Source of the DNA: a virus
Direction: 5' to 3' (one strand)
DNA length: 64,000 nucleotides
IMG/VR virus record: IMGVR_UViG_3300042294_003292
Coordinates: 1-64,000 of that record
The notes beneath the pieces are model-generated. The model worked only from the letters and a program-made list of their open reading frames with translations. It was not told the origin of the DNA and did not search any database. This document shows, piece by piece, positions 37,759 through 47,595 of the stretch. The translations under genes were made by a program, and so were the position numbers. The first letter of the stretch is position 1; each line of letters begins with the position of its first letter.

Positions 37759-38034
37759 GTGCCATTGCCAGAAACGCCGTTTAACATTAAAGCTGAGATT
37801 TTAGCCGATCTTTGGATGAACCATAGAGAGGCTGACATTTTTTTAGACTTTGTAGAATATAACGACCTGGGGCTTCCAGTTGCCTACCTCGTGGCTAACG
37901 GGGTTGTAGAAAGAAATAAGATTATTAATGAGTTTGTTGAAGAAACATTTTCTCTTTTATTGTCTATTCTAAACGTTGAAGACACGGGGTTTAACTCTTT
38001 GTCAGATTTAATATCGCCAGACATCTATGATTAA
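37759..38034 (+). CDS. Hypothetical protein, paralog of 31980..32261
   Basis: LADLWMNHR...EYNDLGLP...VEDTGF. Confidence 0.7.
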   Translation: MPLPETPFNIKAEILADLWMNHREADIFLDFVEYNDLGLPVAYLVANGVVERNKIINEFVEETFSLLLSILNVEDTGFNSLSDLISPDIYD

Positions 38035-38062
38035 TTGTTATAGTTTGGTATAATTGTTTTAA

Positions 38063-38103
38063 CCCAGCTGGCTTGGGAACGGGAAATGAATGGGTCAGCT
38101 GGG
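38063..38103 (+). ncRNA. Candidate hairpin RNA
   Basis: TATAAT 38049-38054, then CCCAGCTGGCTT/GGGTCAGCTGGG stem with purine-rich loop. Confidence 0.35.
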
Positions 38104-38134
38104 CTTATACTTATAATAAAATTAGGAGAATCCC

Positions 38135-38356
38135 ATGACAATAGTATATGTAAAGCCCTCTTGTGTGCAGTGTGATGCAACAAAAAGACTTATGGACCGC
38201 CTAGGTGTTAAATATGACACTGTAGACATCACAAAAGATGATACGGCACTAGAAAAGATTTTAAGCATGGGATTCAAGGCAGCTCCCGTTGTCATAACAG
38301 ACACAGATGCCTGGTCTGGCTTTAATCCAGACAAGGTTAGCCAGCTGGCAGCATAG
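38135..38356 (+). CDS. nrdH: NrdH-redoxin
   Basis: KPSCVQCDAT...APVV...WSGFNPD. Confidence 0.9.
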   Translation: MTIVYVKPSCVQCDATKRLMDRLGVKYDTVDITKDDTALEKILSMGFKAAPVVITDTDAWSGFNPDKVSQLAA

Positions 38357-38380
38357 CTTCCTGGCGTGTATAATATATCT

Positions 38381-39049
38381 ATGAGACATGAGCTTCAGAA
38401 TCTAACTAAGCAAAGATTTCTTGATCTTGGCTACTCTGTAGATGAAATAGATACTGAGATATTCTTAGTCAAAGACTTTTTGACAGATGAAGAAGTTAAG
38501 ACATTTTTAGACATAGCAAATTCTGCCAGCGAAGAGGATTGGTCAGTCTATTACATGGAGGGCCTTAAATCTTTTGCTAAAACAAAATTTGGACATGATG
38601 ATTTGGACGAGCTTGTTGAAAGCGGTAAGCTTGAGATTACCCACAGATGGAAAGATAAAAACCTTTACGTGTCTGACCAAAGCCTGATATCTCCAATTAA
38701 TGAGCGAGCATCGAAGATTGTAGAAATCATTCCTGAATTAACATTTAATGGGATTGATGCCATTCAAAGGCAGTATGAGGGTGCAGAGCTCATTGTACAC
38801 GTTGACAATCATACGGACCCATCCCTTGTATATGCTGCAATCATGTATTTAAATGATGATTATACCGATGGAGAACTAATCTTTCCTGATCGTGGCATTG
38901 AAGTAAAGCCTAAAGCAAAAACTTTAGCCATATTTCCAACCCATGAGGAATACCTGCATGGGACCAATGCTCCAGGACCAGGCCCAGTACGCTATGTTTT
39001 ACCATGCTTTATTGGCATTAGAGGCTTTTACGAGACACATAGATACTAA
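38381..39049 (+). CDS. P4H-like 2OG-Fe(II) oxygenase
   Basis: HVD...MYLNDDYTDGEL...HGT...RY. Confidence 0.85.
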   Translation: MRHELQNLTKQRFLDLGYSVDEIDTEIFLVKDFLTDEEVKTFLDIANSASEEDWSVYYMEGLKSFAKTKFGHDDLDELVESGKLEITHRWKDKNLYVSDQSLISPINERASKIVEIIPELTFNGIDAIQRQYEGAELIVHVDNHTDPSLVYAAIMYLNDDYTDGELIFPDRGIEVKPKAKTLAIFPTHEEYLHGTNAPGPGPVRYVLPCFIGIRGFYETHRY

Positions 39050-39070
39050 ACTATGTTAAAATAGAGTGTT

Positions 39071-39670
39071 ATGAGTATAAATGCATGGGGCAGAATTAGC
39101 CCTAGAAGACGTCAAAAGATGCAAGAGCTTGCAGATAGAAATGACCCTACCAAAATCACTAAAGAAAAGATTGAGGATCAAAAGAGACAGCGCTATGAGC
39201 TTCAAGAATCAAAACGTGCCCCAAAGATTCAGGTAGATCAAAAACTAATTCTTTGGGCATGGCTAATCGGTATTGCTGCTGCCTTTATCTCATCTGCAAT
39301 AGTATCGTTTAACGGCATTACGTCTGTTGCGACATTTGTTGGACTGTCACAGGCATGGATGGCAGGGCTATTCTTCTTTTTCATTGAGCTTATGTATCTA
39401 TTGTTCTTGATTGCATACCTAGTCCTAGCATCACGAATTGATGAAGATGGTAACCCAGAAAAAACTGGCGGTGCTCTTATAGGAATGATTGCTTTTGGTG
39501 GCATTGCAGTTCTTGCTAATGCTTTTCATACCTTTGATTTTTGGCAGTGGGATTGGGTAGAGCCTAGGATGTGGGCAGGTATTACTCTAAGCGTTGCTGC
39601 TCCTATTGCAATTATTAGCGCATCAAAGATGGCTTCCAGGGTTGTATTCGCTAAGGCAATTAAGCTATAA
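39071..39670 (+). CDS. Multi-pass membrane protein
   Basis: About 4 hydrophobic segments. Confidence 0.7.
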   Translation: MSINAWGRISPRRRQKMQELADRNDPTKITKEKIEDQKRQRYELQESKRAPKIQVDQKLILWAWLIGIAAAFISSAIVSFNGITSVATFVGLSQAWMAGLFFFFIELMYLLFLIAYLVLASRIDEDGNPEKTGGALIGMIAFGGIAVLANAFHTFDFWQWDWVEPRMWAGITLSVAAPIAIISASKMASRVVFAKAIKL

Positions 39671-39691
39671 CAGCTGATATAATAGTCCTGT

Positions 39692-39973
39692 ATGGTAAAG
39701 TCTGCCAAACAGCGTAAAGAATTGCATAAGGTTTTAGAGGAATTGCACCTCTATAAAGAGAAACACGGCTGCGCAGATTGTAGAAATCACTTTCCGCATT
39801 ATGTCTTAGAATTTGATCACAGGCCTGAAGAAACAAAAATAGATGTTGTCTACAGAGTATTAAGAACTTATGGGCCAGAAGCGGCCTGGTCAGAAGTCAA
39901 GAAATGTGACGTTGTTTGTGCAAACTGTCACAAGATTAGGACCTACCAGAGAGAGCAAGAGAATGAGTCTTGA
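39692..39973 (+). CDS. HNH endonuclease
   Basis: CADC...LEFDH...CDVVCANCHKIRT. Confidence 0.85.
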   Translation: MVKSAKQRKELHKVLEELHLYKEKHGCADCRNHFPHYVLEFDHRPEETKIDVVYRVLRTYGPEAAWSEVKKCDVVCANCHKIRTYQREQENES

Positions 39974-40112
39974 AGATGAGATTAAAAATATATTATTTGA
40001 GATTGGCAAAGATATAAAGGTTCACAAGCTAATTGATGGCAATCTTATTATAGAAATAGATTACGAAAAATACTCAAACGAGATATTGGAACTATTTAAA
40101 AAATATCGTTAA
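39963..40112 (+). CDS. Small hypothetical protein
   Basis: MSLEDEIK..., overlaps HNH stop. Confidence 0.5.
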   Translation: MSLEDEIKNILFEIGKDIKVHKLIDGNLIIEIDYEKYSNEILELFKKYR

Positions 40113-41061
40113 GAGGTTTAGACTTTGTATAGTCTTTTCCGAAGTCAGCAAAGATATACTTGTCTTTCATTCTTTGGACTATCTTTCTTGACCAAGAATA
40201 CCCAGCATCTCCGCCCCAGGCAAGCCACATAATGTACCCATTAGACGGATTGGCTGTGTTACCCCAGTCCTTGCCTTTCTTGTCTACTTCGTGACGAGAA
40301 AAGTAAGAATACATACGCTTTACAGTGCTTAGCGATAGTGTCTCTCCATTAGCCAGTTGTCTAGCTCGTGTCCATCCAACTGCAGTTCCTGCGCCTTTGG
40401 CCTTGCCATCTTCTTTGAACTTGATAGCACGACGAGCAGCAGAACGAGCCCCAGCAGGAGGAGAGTAGCCTTCAGCTTTATCCATATATTCATCATCTTC
40501 ATAATCTTCCATACTAATATTTGGCATGTTAATTCTTTGTATATCAGACATTAGCGCTCCGATAGAATATGGGGTATAGTAGTATACTCCATCTTCTTCC
40601 TCTAGCATTCTAATGGCTACGGCTGGATTTTCTGGAGTAGACTCTACAGCGTAAGGATTTCCTGGCTGACCGTATGTTCCGCCCTCAACCATGATATGCT
40701 CAACCTGGCCAACGACTGGTCCCTCGGTTGTCATTGCAATAACAAAATCTCCCTCAGTAATTGGAGACTCTGCTTTAGAAACTGGAACACAGTTTGGAAC
40801 CATTCTTCCACCCTTGCCTGGCTTCATGCCTCTTTGAGTATAGCCTTCCCAGCATGGATCCGCCTTAGATACTGGCCACTCTTGTGGGTCTTCGATGCCA
40901 ACGCCCTTGTCTCCAATGTTGCCTTCTGATTGATTAATAGCATAAATTTGATTAGCTGCTTCTTCAGCTGTTTTGTGGCAACCCATTACGGTTCCATCAT
41001 CTTTTACCGCAGGGTAGCCTGAGCAACCGTACGATCCCTTTTCTCCAACGTGATATGGCAT
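40096..41061 (-). CDS. Multi-domain hypothetical protein (possibly head-associated)
   Basis: PCWEGY..GMK..VPNCVP and GTAVGWTRARQLA..KRMYSYFSRHE..WLAWGG domains typical of large-phage head-region proteins. Confidence 0.55.
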   Translation of the reverse strand: MPYHVGEKGSYGCSGYPAVKDDGTVMGCHKTAEEAANQIYAINQSEGNIGDKGVGIEDPQEWPVSKADPCWEGYTQRGMKPGKGGRMVPNCVPVSKAESPITEGDFVIAMTTEGPVVGQVEHIMVEGGTYGQPGNPYAVESTPENPAVAIRMLEEEDGVYYYTPYSIGALMSDIQRINMPNISMEDYEDDEYMDKAEGYSPPAGARSAARRAIKFKEDGKAKGAGTAVGWTRARQLANGETLSLSTVKRMYSYFSRHEVDKKGKDWGNTANPSNGYIMWLAWGGDAGYSWSRKIVQRMKDKYIFADFGKDYTKSKPLNDIF

Positions 41062-41076
41062 GACTATATTGTACCA

Positions 41077-42606
41077 CTATTCGGCTATATATGTACCAGA
41101 AATGTGGAAGTTGTCTGCTACGTTAAGGGTGACTGGTGTGCTGTGGGTGAAGAGCTCGTCTTGACCATTTGATCCAGTGTAATTTAGGAATAGCCTGTTT
41201 GTTCCTGCCTGGACATGGCCACCTACCGAATACTGATTGTTTGCAGATATATCGTGCAGGCACCCATCATTAAGCTGGTAAGCGTACTTAGCATTAAATG
41301 GCAAGTCAACGTAGTATTGTCCAGTTCCAAAGTTAGTAATATTATCCATATCTACCTGAATCTCAAAGTGAACTAGTGGGCCAGTCTTAACATAATTTCC
41401 AGTGAAAAGTGGGGCTCCGTTAAAGGTTGGCTGTGTTCCAGCAGTACCGCCATTAACTGTAAATGACACTTCTACTGGTGCTGAATTAGAGATATCTCCA
41501 ATAGTTGCAATTTGGTTGTTTGGATTAGATGAGTCATGTAAGTACTCTCCGTTACTTTCTCCACCACTAATAACAAGATTTTGATCTGCCTGAACTTCTA
41601 AATTACCGTCATCATTTATAATACCTGTGACACGTAGATAACCTGTTTCTGTAGGTCCATTTAGGTAACCTGTTTTGTTGAAGTTCCAGAAATGAGTTCC
41701 GTTATCTCTAGTGAATGTATAGTTGGCATTTTGTATAAAACCAATACTTGGGGTAGTTTCATAAGAAGTAGTTCCATTTGGTTCATCTCTAATTACGCTA
41801 GTAATTATATGCTTCTGACCATTGATGATTGTAAAGTCATTAATGTCTGGCTCAGCCATTGCAGTCGCTACTACATAGATCTGATCTCCCTGGCCAATAT
41901 TCTGGTATGTCCAAACGTAATCTTCTTGCTTTGACTGAACAACAGTGGTTCCGTCTGTGTCAGAAACACGAACTCCTGCACGCTCTCCGCCAAGGATTAA
42001 GTCTGCATTTGAATAATCTTGTACTCCACCTGCACGAATGTGAATGTGGTTTGGTCCAGTTGGGTCAATAATTATATACTGATCTCCACCATTCCAAATT
42101 AAATCGTCATCTGGAACAAGTTTAAGTGTGTCATTTCCAGATCCGTCACCAGAACTATTTAGTGGATTTTCAATATACCCTGCACCAGGAAGTTGGAACT
42201 TTCCTTCTGAATCCATTCTCCAGTAATAAGCTGTTTCAGACTCAGCATTTTCGTGTCCTGCTGAGAATCTAATATCGTCTGCTGCCTCAAGATGAATATC
42301 ATCTCCTGCTCCAAGAGTTTGAATGTAAAGGTCATCTCCAGCAGTTAGGTATAGATCGCTATCTGCTCCTGCTTCAATTTTCATACTCTTATCGCCTGGA
42401 AGAGTTATTGAGCTATTCCAGTCATTATCTGTAAAAATAAAGTCTGCAATGTTTGCAGTTCCGCCACCACCAAGAGAATCTAACCACTCTTGCTCTGTAC
42501 CAACAAAACCATTGGCTACTGCAATTTCGTATGCGGAATCACCAGCTGGACCAGTTGGTCCTGGAATTCCAGAGCCTCCGCCTGCCCCGCCAGAAAATCT
42601 AGCCAT
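41077..42606 (-). CDS. Putative fibre/virion protein
   Basis: GPTGPAGDSAYEIAVANGFVGTEQEWLDSL motif; C-terminal beta domain. Confidence 0.6.
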   Translation of the reverse strand: MARFSGGAGGGSGIPGPTGPAGDSAYEIAVANGFVGTEQEWLDSLGGGGTANIADFIFTDNDWNSSITLPGDKSMKIEAGADSDLYLTAGDDLYIQTLGAGDDIHLEAADDIRFSAGHENAESETAYYWRMDSEGKFQLPGAGYIENPLNSSGDGSGNDTLKLVPDDDLIWNGGDQYIIIDPTGPNHIHIRAGGVQDYSNADLILGGERAGVRVSDTDGTTVVQSKQEDYVWTYQNIGQGDQIYVVATAMAEPDINDFTIINGQKHIITSVIRDEPNGTTSYETTPSIGFIQNANYTFTRDNGTHFWNFNKTGYLNGPTETGYLRVTGIINDDGNLEVQADQNLVISGGESNGEYLHDSSNPNNQIATIGDISNSAPVEVSFTVNGGTAGTQPTFNGAPLFTGNYVKTGPLVHFEIQVDMDNITNFGTGQYYVDLPFNAKYAYQLNDGCLHDISANNQYSVGGHVQAGTNRLFLNYTGSNGQDELFTHSTPVTLNVADNFHISGTYIAE

Positions 42607-42890
42607 TAGTTGCCACTCTCTAAGTTAGTCTTTAGCACTGCAACATACGATTGTTCTGCGTCAGTAGTTGCATATAACGCATCTGTTCCTGGCAGCTCAA
42701 AAGAAATAGCTGAGCCAGGATTCAGTCGGTATCCGAAATTTTCAGAATTTAAAGTATCTTCACCACCGATGTAAACATAGGCAGCAGAGTCAACATTCTG
42801 AATAGTAATGTCCATTCCAGAATGAATTCCGTTAGGTGTGAGTCTTGTGGCTGTCCCACTGGACAGGCTAATGGTTGCGTGTATAGTCAT
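42606..42890 (-). CDS. Hypothetical protein
   Basis: IQN....VYIG...GYRL.PG pattern; leaderless. Confidence 0.6.
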   Translation of the reverse strand: MTIHATISLSSGTATRLTPNGIHSGMDITIQNVDSAAYVYIGGEDTLNSENFGYRLNPGSAISFELPGTDALYATTDAEQSYVAVLKTNLESGN

Positions 42891-42917
42891 AGTAAGATTA
42901 TACTACTAATATTAAAA

Positions 42918-42999
42918 CCCCTATACAGAACCTACATCTGGCCGCTTTGTAAAATGGTAACTACTCATCCTAAGTTTGCGTCCTTGTCCTGTATAGGGG
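42918..42999 (-). ncRNA. Candidate small RNA (long closing stem)
   Basis: TATAAT 43008-43013; CCCCTATACAGGAC/GTTCTGTATAGGGG stem then TTTT. Confidence 0.4.
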
Positions 43000-43016
43000 A
43001 CGTTTATATTATAGTA

Positions 43017-43658
43017 TTATTTCTTAAAGCCTGGAACAGGGTTTACAAGTTTCTTCTTCTTCCCTGGCTTTTTCTTTGCTGTTAGATGATCAACATCTAG
43101 ACTTGGAGCAGCCTCACTTGGAGCACCATCGTCTGGAGTTATCTCAGCTGCAGATGCCTTAAGCTTTTCAAAGGCCATTACAGCCTCTACGAAAGCAATT
43201 GGACTAACAAATCCTTTGCCATTTAGGTCCCACCTATGAACTCTTCCCTCAACAATTTCAAAGTGCAAATGTCTTCCAGCTGAGGCACCAGTGTTCCCCA
43301 TGATTCCAAGAATTGTTCCAGCTTCAACCTTTTGACCAGTCTTAACCTTTAAAGAACCCTCTGCCATGTGGCCATATCTTGTTACATACCACTTGCCGTC
43401 AATCTTAGAACGAAGATCAACGTAGTATCCGACACCGCCAAGAGAGCCATCTGAGTTTTTTAACTTTGAGGTTCCAGCATACACAACTGTTCCGTCGTGC
43501 CACGCTTCGCAGTATATCTTAGGATTTGATCCCCAGATGTCATCGCCGTTATGATGTTTTTTCGTTTTTTCGATGGGATGTATCCTCCATCCGAAGGGGC
43601 TTGTGATTTTCCAAGCTTTGCCCTTTTTGCCATCTATGGGGTACTGTGTTTTTGCCAT
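43017..43658 (-). CDS. M23 peptidase
   Basis: HNGDD, YGHM, GNTGASAGRHLHFE. Confidence 0.9.
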   Translation of the reverse strand: MAKTQYPIDGKKGKAWKITSPFGWRIHPIEKTKKHHNGDDIWGSNPKIYCEAWHDGTVVYAGTSKLKNSDGSLGGVGYYVDLRSKIDGKWYVTRYGHMAEGSLKVKTGQKVEAGTILGIMGNTGASAGRHLHFEIVEGRVHRWDLNGKGFVSPIAFVEAVMAFEKLKASAAEITPDDGAPSEAAPSLDVDHLTAKKKPGKKKKLVNPVPGFKK

Positions 43659-43727
43659 TTTTTCTCCTTACACGAGTAAAATTATGTTCCTTTTATGGAA
43701 CGTAGTCTCATTATAGCAGAAAAAAGT

Positions 43728-43753
43728 GGGCCTTTTTGCTCATGCCCAGGAGC
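43728..43753 (-). ncRNA. H-type pseudoknot motif, copy 4
   Basis: GCTC-CT-GGGCA-T-GAGC-AAAAAG-GCCC just after Hsp20 stop. Confidence 0.6.
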
Positions 43754-43759
43754 TTGTTG

Positions 43760-44158
43760 CTAACTGATTTCTATTTTCTTTGGCTTCTTTTCTTCTGGAA
43801 CACGCTTGTACAAATCAATGTACAAGATTCCATCAATCATAGATGCCCTGTCTACCTCAAAGTATTCTGGCAGACTAAATGATCGTGAGAACTTGCGTCC
43901 CGCAATGCCCTTGTGAACATAGTTGGCACCCTCGTCCTCCTGACGCTCACCCTTAACTGTTAGCACGTCCTTCTCTACCGAGATATCAATGCCTTTCTGG
44001 TTAAATCCAGCAACGGCAAACTCTAAGACGTAGTGTTCGTCTGAGATTTTGTTGACGTTGTATGGTGGGTAAGTTGCCTTTGATGGCTGTCCTGTGTAGA
44101 ATACCTTCTCAAATTCCTGAGCAAGGTTTCCAATAAATGGGTCATTAAAAATAACCAT
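43760..44158 (-). CDS. Hsp20 small heat-shock protein
   Basis: YPPYNV, AVAGF, HKGIAGRKFSRSF, DGIL. Confidence 0.92.
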   Translation of the reverse strand: MVIFNDPFIGNLAQEFEKVFYTGQPSKATYPPYNVNKISDEHYVLEFAVAGFNQKGIDISVEKDVLTVKGERQEDEGANYVHKGIAGRKFSRSFSLPEYFEVDRASMIDGILYIDLYKRVPEEKKPKKIEIS

Positions 44159-44250
44159 ATGTATCATCTCCTTATATTAAGCGAGTTAATTGCCCCCAAA
44201 TGGCAGGCATGTTAATTATATCACAACTCAGGGAAAAGCAATAGCCCGAA

Positions 44251-44418
44251 TTACCAAAGGCTTAGGCCCTTTTCCAGGACATCAAAGTGAAAGGAACAAA
44301 CAGACAGCTCCCTGTCTGTAGATTCAAATATGACTGTTGCATCATTTTCGCAGCGAGAGATTGCACATAATCCATTGAGGCAGTCCAAATTGTCTGCATT
44401 GTTCTTTAGTCCTAGCAT
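44251..44418 (-). CDS. Small Cys/His protein
   Basis: MLGLKNNAD...CAISRC...CSFH; TGCTATAAT leaderless start. Confidence 0.5.
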   Translation of the reverse strand: MLGLKNNADNLDCLNGLCAISRCENDATVIFESTDRELSVCSFHFDVLEKGLSLW

Positions 44419-44436
44419 TCTAATATTATAGCATGA

Positions 44437-45052
44437 CTAGTCTTGTGTCTTATTTGGAAGAAGTTCCTTTATCTTTTTATATGCTTTGATTGCTTCTTCG
44501 TCTGCGACTTTTGAAAAAACAGGATCTGCCTTAGCAATAAAGTCAGAGATGTCTTGCTGTGCAGACTCAATGTATTCAAATGCAGCATCTCTTGACTCAG
44601 ACAAAAACCTTATGAATCCATCAGAGCGAGTAAGCTCATTCTCTTTGACAGACTTTTCTAGGTTGTCAATTACCGCCATCTTGTCAATTTCTAGCTGAAC
44701 CATTGCCATCAGGCTTTTCTTGTACTTATGCCTAATTCTAAAGTTGTCTACAACTAAAACAGAAATAATAATCGCAATAACTATTAGTGCCAGGACATCA
44801 AATAGGTTAGGCATCTGGTTTACCGCCTTCTCTAACCAAAAGAACTATTGCGCCGTTTTGCTCAAGAGCCTTCTTTACTCTGACCATGTAGTCTATTGCA
44901 AGTCTCTTGTCCCTGTCTGCTAAACTAAAAAACTCTTTTTCTGGAGCAACGACTGTTAGGAAGTTGTCGTTGTCAACTATCTTGACACCAAAGCCCTTTG
45001 GGCTATAGTGATCTAGGGACCTGACTGCTCTCCTCATCTCGTCCGTATACAT
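44437..45052 (-). CDS. Two hypothetical genes (44437-44814 with TM; 44807-45052)
   Basis: Coupled ORFs. Confidence 0.6.
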
Positions 45053-45056
45053 CTAA

Positions 45057-45347
45057 TTACTTCCCCTTATCCATTGTAAGAACTTCCCAGGTTTTTGCCC
45101 AGTCCTTCTTATTTCTATGACGATTAAATTCTTTTGATATTTTTCCAGCTTCTAGGTATACACCACCCCAAACACCCCACTCTTTCTGTGAGATGCCCAC
45201 AGCAAAACACTGCCTTGCTACTGGGCACCCAGAACAAAGCTGGTCTATAGCTGGACGTAAGAGTTCGTCTTCTTCGTATGTATCAAAAAATAAATTAGTA
45301 TCATAATCACGACAAGAGGAATCATCTTTCCACTTGCCACTATCCAT
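45057..45347 (-). CDS. whiB: WhiB-family transcriptional regulator
   Basis: C...FF...CSGCPVARQC...GVWGG. Confidence 0.9.
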   Translation of the reverse strand: MDSGKWKDDSSCRDYDTNLFFDTYEEDELLRPAIDQLCSGCPVARQCFAVGISQKEWGVWGGVYLEAGKISKEFNRHRNKKDWAKTWEVLTMDKGK

Positions 45348-46975
45348 TTTTGTTTAGGAATCCCTCTGGTACAGACCATCCCTTTTCAGAAACTGGGTAT
45401 CTTTTTTGAACATACCACTTTCCAGATACTAAAACTCCATCACGCTTCTTCCAAGCAGAGTAGTCTGGAATTCTTAGAATTACATCCCATCCATCCCAGG
45501 ACAACCTCTTGTTGCCTCGAACGATTGATTCCATCTTTTCAAGAGACTTTACTAACATGATCTTTCCTATGTTTTTATTATTTTTATTTAGCATTGCACA
45601 TTCCGCTTGCTAAATTATAGATACCTATAAACATCGTTTTTGATATCTTTTGCAGATAAGAAGTTAACGATTTCTGGGATTGATTCTTTAGCGTTGCAAA
45701 AATATGCAAATTGATCAACCACTGGATGATTTGTCTTAAACCATTTAAGAGGGACACGCACTAGCTTTGTCTTTATTCCTCTTGACTTAAAGTTTGAAAC
45801 ATTCAAATATTCTTCTGCCATCTGCGTTACACGATACGGTCCTGCAGAAAATATTACAAACTCTCTATTTTCTGAGTCCCTCATTGAGTACAATGCTCTG
45901 GCCATTCCAGATAGGAATATGTTATAGTCATTGAAGTTTTTACTTCCATGAATTCCCAAGATCATTTCTGTTCTGCCCTTCGTTTAGCTTGTCTACAATA
46001 AACATCATGTCTTTTAATTCTACCTTATCCATAGACATAATGTCAAGTGTTTTTGTGGATTTTTCGTCTACGATTCCGTTGACCAATTCTGCTGAGTATA
46101 TAGAGTTATCCTTTATCCAGTAGGCCTTGCCTTTAAAGAATAGAACCTTTTGGTGTCTGCTATCAAAGAACTTGGTAGACTGAGTCGTTAGCTCTTTTCT
46201 GCCCATGCCCTCTTCGATAGAGAATAGAGAGGTCCCCAGGAGGCTAAATATGTGACTTTGTCTATAGCGAACTCTCATAATTGGCTCATTGACAGTCTTA
46301 GAAAAGATCTTTGCCAATACAAATAAGCTTGCAGTTGCGACTATTGCTCCAATTAAGTATTCCACCTAGTCACCTCTCAGCCATTGTTTTCACGAAATGC
46401 ACGAACTATTTCTTGTAAAGTGTTTCTGTGGTCAGCATCTAGCTTAGCCACCTCTACTGGATCAAAGGCTTTCTTTAGCAGGTGAACCAGGGGATTTTCT
46501 TCAAATATATTAATGTCCAAAAACCCTAGCTCCCAAAGCTTCATAACCTCTTTGTAGAATAAGTCATTAAACCTATCATACATTTTAGGGTCCTGAGACC
46601 TCAGCTTATCTGTGATAGAGTAAAGCATTTCTCCAGTTACGGGGTCTATGCCAGCAAACTCTACCGCACCAGACAGAATTAAATCTTGTAGATACTCGTC
46701 ATCACTGGTGCTCATATGCAAACCTGCCTAAACTAGTCTTCTATTAGTCGATTATTTGAGCTTAGCTTTTCACGTTCATCAATTATTTGATACGCAAACT
46801 TCATCATCTTGTCGTAGCCAACGGCATTATCAACAATAAGATTGTAGTGATGTGCACAGAACAAAAGCTCTCCAGAGACTCCAATTGCTTTTACATAAGC
46901 TTGGGCACCACAATTTCCAGTGTCACACCTATCATTAGCTGTTAACTCTACTTCTTGTATAGTTTCAGTCTTCAT
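45340..46975 (-). CDS. Five hypothetical genes (45340-~45560, 45615-45965, 45940-46365, 46377-46721, 46733-46975)
   Basis: Coupled ORFs; last has DRCD..CGAQA...FCAHH zinc-binding pattern. Confidence 0.6.
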
Positions 46976-46976
46976 G

Positions 46977-47159
46977 CTACTTTCCTTTATCTGTTGAATA
47001 AAAACCACTGCCACTAAAAGTGACACCAACAGATGAATAAATTCTAACTAGTTTTTTATTACAGTTATCGCAAAAATAATCTGGCTCTGGTTCTGTAATA
47101 CCCCGCACTTTTACATGCGGGGTATCGCAGTCTCCACAGCGATATTCATATACCGCCAT
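46977..47159 (-). CDS. FmdB-family zinc-ribbon protein
   Basis: YEYRCGDC...CDNC...FSGSGFYSTD. Confidence 0.85.
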   Translation of the reverse strand: MAVYEYRCGDCDTPHVKVRGITEPEPDYFCDNCNKKLVRIYSSVGVTFSGSGFYSTDKGK

Positions 47160-47165
47160 AATTAG

Positions 47166-47492
47166 TTACTTCTTTGGGGAAGCCTTTTTAGTTGAAGCTG
47201 TGGCCTTCTTAGCGGCTGGCTTCTTGATATCCGAAGACGCAACCTTGCCAGTTCCAGCAGACTTCTGAACGGCCTCTACGACATCTACGATGGCCTTTCC
47301 AAGGTCCTTGTTCTTAGACGGAGTTACGTTAGCAAAAGCCAGGGAAGATCCTCCCACTGCTAGTACAGCAGCTGCAATTGTTAGAACCTGCTGTGCAACA
47401 TCGTCGCTGATTGCTCCGATAATAACTAGCACAGGAACTCCTGCAGCAACAAGTCCATAAATTGACTTTCGAACTTCTGGTGTTAGATTCAT
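47166..47492 (-). CDS. Holin-like protein
   Basis: Two TMs, basic tail, next to endolysin. Confidence 0.6.
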   Translation of the reverse strand: MNLTPEVRKSIYGLVAAGVPVLVIIGAISDDVAQQVLTIAAAVLAVGGSSLAFANVTPSKNKDLGKAIVDVVEAVQKSAGTGKVASSDIKKPAAKKATASTKKASPKK

Positions 47493-47595
47493 AATTAATT
47501 ATTCCTTTGTTTTAATTAAAATAGTTATTGATTCCATACCCTTAAGTAGAGAATCAATGCAATAATTGTACCACTACAGCAATAGAATGTCAAGA

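Noticed and set aside
38356-38368. SAM/SAH riboswitch-like string GCTTCCTGGCGTG
   Set aside because: The upstream CACAACG half and closing stem are missing; the string overlaps a promoter
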